In this document: piece by piece, positions 45,918-48,946 of the stretch
Numbering within the stretch: position 1 is the first letter of the stretch
How the letters are laid out: the number at the start of each line of letters is the position of its first letter
Source: an uncultured Candidatus Saccharibacteria bacterium
Lineage (GTDB): Bacteria; Patescibacteriota; Saccharimonadia; Saccharimonadales; JAGQNJ01
Reading direction: 5' to 3'
DNA length: 48,946 bases
Assembly (NCBI GenBank): GCA_964565615.1
Contig: CAZMFO010000004.1
Location: 1-48,946, forward strand
Program-made: the position numbers and the translations under genes
Notes under the pieces: generated by a model
Told to the model about the DNA's origin: nothing
Databases searched by the model: none
The model's input: the letters and a program-made list of their open reading frames with translations, nothing else

Positions 45918-47522
45918 ATGAGCCAAGATGCTCGGTTTGATGACGAACAAGCAACACTAAAACGAGCGCGCATACTAGGCCTGCCCTATATTGACACATC
46001 GCAGATTGTCAACAAAGCTCTATACAAAGATATATTATCTAAAGAGGAGTTAAGCACTCTTAGAATTATTCCCCTTCAAGCAGACGAACATTCCATAACT
46101 TTTGGCATTACCAATACTACCTCTCAAACTACAATCGCTAACTTTAAACACAGATTTTTAGATCAACGCATTACCTTTGCCTTAATATCTGACAGTGGTT
46201 ATCGCGAGTATATGCGACTCTATAATCCGCCAAAAAAAGTAGAGTATCAAGATATTAACATAACAACTGCTGGTACAGATGATTTAGTTAAACGAGTGTC
46301 AACTATGCTTGAACAAGTTCGTGCCAATGATATGCTGGCTTATTTAGTGCATCAGGCCCATAAATTGCAAGCTTCCGATATTCACACCGAAAATCAACGA
46401 GATTATGTTAGGATTCGTTTTAGAATAGATGGAGTCTTGCATCCCATTGCACGAATTACCCCAGAAAAATATAGAATTTTAGTTTCGGCTATAGCTAGCT
46501 CGGCAAATTTATCTACACAATCACCAGACGCACAGCAAGGTCATATTTCCCAGAAAGTTAAGATGGCCGATGGCGCAATGGTGGATGTTAACCTTAGGGT
46601 AGAAACAGTCCCAACTATTTTTGGTATGGATATAGTTATGCGATTATTTAATCTTAGCCAAGAGATGTATAGTCTGGATAGGCTGGGGCTTAATCCAGAA
46701 GAACGACAAGTTGTTGATGATATAATTTCCAAACCATCAGGATTAGTATTGGTGGTTGGCCCAACGGGTTCGGGAAAAACAACTACTTTGTACTCAATGC
46801 TTAATTCGCTTAACGAGGATAGTCGTAAAATTATTACTATAGAGGACCCCGTAGAGTATCAATTTGAGGGGCTAACGCAAATCCCAGTTAATTCCAAAAG
46901 CTCAAAAGAGGTAAACTTTGCCGAAAAGCTACGGGCCGTTTTACGACTTGATCCAGATGTAGTGATGGTTGGGGAGGTTAGAGATATGGATACTGCCAAA
47001 ACAGCGTTGCAGGCCTCGTTGACCGGACATTTGGTGCTTTCAACCTTTCATGCCGGTTCGGCATCTTTGGCCCTTACTAGATTGGTTGATGTTATCGGTG
47101 CAAATCCTCTGTTTGCTTCGGCAATTAGGCTAGTTATGGCACAACGCTTAGTTCGTAAACTGGATGACAGCACCAAACAACCATATCAGCCGACAGAGGC
47201 AGAGCTACAATATATTGCTAAAGTTTTAGAAGACTTACCGCCCGCTTATGTCAAACCAGACTTTAGTAGTTTGCAGTTATTTAAGCCCGGCAGTTCAGCC
47301 GATAATCCGTACGGCTACACGGGGCAGTTAGCAATTAGAGAGCAGTTTATGATGACTGGTGAGATTTTAAAGTTAATGCAGAGCAATAGTATCGGGGCAA
47401 CCAGTCAAGAGATTGAACAGTCGGCTATCGCTAGCGGTATGAAGACAATGCGTCATGACGCAGTCTTAAAAGTTTGTGCAGGGCAGACTACTTTAGATGA
47501 AGTAATTCGTGTTCTTGGTTAA
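45918..47522 (+). CDS. PilB/GspE-family secretion ATPase
   Basis: ASDIH, RFRIDG.L, GPTGSGKTTTLY, TIEDPVEY, LRLDPDVVMVGEVRD, TGHLVLSTFHA. ATG 45918 follows SD aggag (the ORF track starts at 45900). Confidence 0.93.
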   Translation: MSQDARFDDEQATLKRARILGLPYIDTSQIVNKALYKDILSKEELSTLRIIPLQADEHSITFGITNTTSQTTIANFKHRFLDQRITFALISDSGYREYMRLYNPPKKVEYQDINITTAGTDDLVKRVSTMLEQVRANDMLAYLVHQAHKLQASDIHTENQRDYVRIRFRIDGVLHPIARITPEKYRILVSAIASSANLSTQSPDAQQGHISQKVKMADGAMVDVNLRVETVPTIFGMDIVMRLFNLSQEMYSLDRLGLNPEERQVVDDIISKPSGLVLVVGPTGSGKTTTLYSMLNSLNEDSRKIITIEDPVEYQFEGLTQIPVNSKSSKEVNFAEKLRAVLRLDPDVVMVGEVRDMDTAKTALQASLTGHLVLSTFHAGSASLALTRLVDVIGANPLFASAIRLVMAQRLVRKLDDSTKQPYQPTEAELQYIAKVLEDLPPAYVKPDFSSLQLFKPGSSADNPYGYTGQLAIREQFMMTGEILKLMQSNSIGATSQEIEQSAIASGMKTMRHDAVLKVCAGQTTLDEVIRVLG

Positions 47523-48652
47523 GTAATAACTTTGGTTATTTCTGGCACAAGGCGTTTATCTAGAACCGATGGGATTATTTCATCGGGTGTCGGGCTATCT
47601 ACTAACCCAGCGATTACTTCAGCTACAGCAAGTTTATGTTTATCTGTAATTTTTTGTACTTTATTATCTAGTGCTCCCCGAAAAATTCCAGGAAATGCCA
47701 GAGCATTGTTGACTTGGTTAGGAAAGTCGCTTCGTCCAGTTGCAACAACGGAAGCCCCAGCAGACAACGCTTCATCCGGCATAATCTCTGGTATTGGATT
47801 AGCCATCGCAAATATAATGGGATTATTGGCCATAGATTGGATGTGGGCTTTGTTTAGCAAGCCACCTTTAGAAACTCCAATAAAAATGTCGGCATTTTGC
47901 AGGGCATCGTCGAGATTTCCGCTGATGTTACTTTTGTTCGTCAGAGCTAGCAGTTGTTGCTTTTCGGTGTTTAGGTCGGTACGATGTTTGCTGATGATCC
48001 CTTTGCTGTCAACAGCCAAAATCTCTGGGTTGGCAAACAGTTTAAGTAGTTTAATAATTGCCGTGCCAGCCGCCCCGGCACCAACCACAACAATTCGTGT
48101 GCTAGACAAGTTTTTGCCAGTAACTTTTGTGGCGTTAATTAACCCCGCCAATACTACAATTGCCGTGCCGTGTTGATCATCGTGAAAGACTGGGATTGCC
48201 AACTCCGCTTTAAGGCGATCTTCTACCTCAAAACAAAGCGGAGCAGATATATCTTCTAGATTTATTCCTCCAAAGCTAGGGGCAACTGCTTTAACGGTCG
48301 CTACAATCTCGTCCGCCGAGTGAACATCTAAAATAATTGGCAAGGCATCAATGTTTGCAAAATGCTTAAACAACATAGCCTTACCCTCCATAACCGGCAG
48401 AGCGCCCTCGGGGCCAATATTGCCAAGTCCTAAAACAGCCGACCCGTCACTAACTACAGCTACCGTATTATTAGTCCATGTGTAATCAGCCGTCTGATCT
48501 GGATGGAGGGCCAGATGGCTACTGACCGCTCCTACTCCAGGGGTGTAGTAGGTGCTTAATTTGTCTTTGCTGTCTAGGTTGTCCTTAAGCTTAATAGACA
48601 ACTTACCCTTTAGTTGTTTGTGAAGTCGTAGTGCCTGCTTTGAATAGTCCAT
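47519..48652 (-). CDS. NAD(P)-dependent malic enzyme
   Basis: [57 protein letters not shown]. Confidence 0.95.
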   Translation of the reverse strand: MDYSKQALRLHKQLKGKLSIKLKDNLDSKDKLSTYYTPGVGAVSSHLALHPDQTADYTWTNNTVAVVSDGSAVLGLGNIGPEGALPVMEGKAMLFKHFANIDALPIILDVHSADEIVATVKAVAPSFGGINLEDISAPLCFEVEDRLKAELAIPVFHDDQHGTAIVVLAGLINATKVTGKNLSSTRIVVVGAGAAGTAIIKLLKLFANPEILAVDSKGIISKHRTDLNTEKQQLLALTNKSNISGNLDDALQNADIFIGVSKGGLLNKAHIQSMANNPIIFAMANPIPEIMPDEALSAGASVVATGRSDFPNQVNNALAFPGIFRGALDNKVQKITDKHKLAVAEVIAGLVDSPTPDEIIPSVLDKRLVPEITKVIT

Positions 48653-48813
48653 AACATATATTGTAACGCCTTCGAATAAATTTGTGTATCTATTAACACA
48701 ATAGAGTCCTCAATAATATTAGCAACCCTAGTAATATGAGTTTATTAAATATCAGCAAATGAATTTTAATGTAAAAATGAGTTATGTATCTCTCCCTATG
48801 CTAATATATACCT

Positions 48814-48939
48814 ATGGAGCCAATGTCAGAAAATCATTTATCTCGCCAAGGAGCTCAATTCCTCCATCAGCAAGATAGTACACTACATCAGTCTGCCCAT
48901 ACTCAAATAGATCGTAGACACATCCAACTTGTAGAATAG
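48814..48939 (+). other. Short ORF (41 aa) or truncated gene start at the window edge
   Basis: MEPMSENHLSRQGAQFLHQQDSTLHQSAHTQIDRRHIQLVE-stop. Context beyond the window is missing. Confidence 0.25.
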
Positions 48940-48946
48940 GTTTGTA

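Noticed and set aside
47532-48176. 214-aa ORF antisense to malic enzyme, and similar antisense ORFs over rmuC, gap, tkt and dnaE
   Set aside because: Fully overlap well-supported genes on the other strand or frame and have no independent motifs or start signals.
1-48946. Alternative genetic code (UGA=Gly, code 25) as in some CPR lineages
   Set aside because: Conserved genes read to full length with standard stops, including TGA at pheS and trxB-operon glutaredoxin ends.

Overview
AT-rich window (housekeeping lines about 30-40% GC, standard genetic code). The gene content and style point to a Patescibacteria/CPR genome, most likely Saccharibacteria (inference). Most of it is housekeeping: pheS/pheT, uvrB, gatCAB, dnaE, rmuC, trxB, ppa, a gap-rpiB-rpe-tkt-tkt-fba-pfkB sugar cluster, a galU-like gene, malic enzyme, a PilB/GspE ATPase and ABC transporters. 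The unusual part is an accessory island at about 12.7-15.8 kb between pheT and an ABC exporter. It holds (1) a three-gene phage-tail-like cassette: a collagen-like fibre protein, a small phage-type protein, and a 24-aa-repeat LRR protein whose gene jumps from about 43% to about 55-72% GC at about 13800; and (2) directly after it, a near-perfect sigma70 promoter driving about 525 nt of non-coding sequence that folds into a fully nested multi-domain structure closed by a perfect 16-bp helix and a U-tract. I could not match this RNA to RNase P, tmRNA, SRP, 6S, an intron or a riboswitch, and it is the best candidate for an undescribed system. Other observations: a PAP2 pseudogene with about 6 frameshifts, tandem NrdR-like boxes on an nrdH-trxB operon, a recurrent intergenic ATAAGCA(ACTTA) motif, and pervasive leaderless promoters. 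No tRNA, rRNA, CRISPR array, integrase, transposase or reverse transcriptase was seen. All protein family calls come from motif recognition by eye, with no database search.
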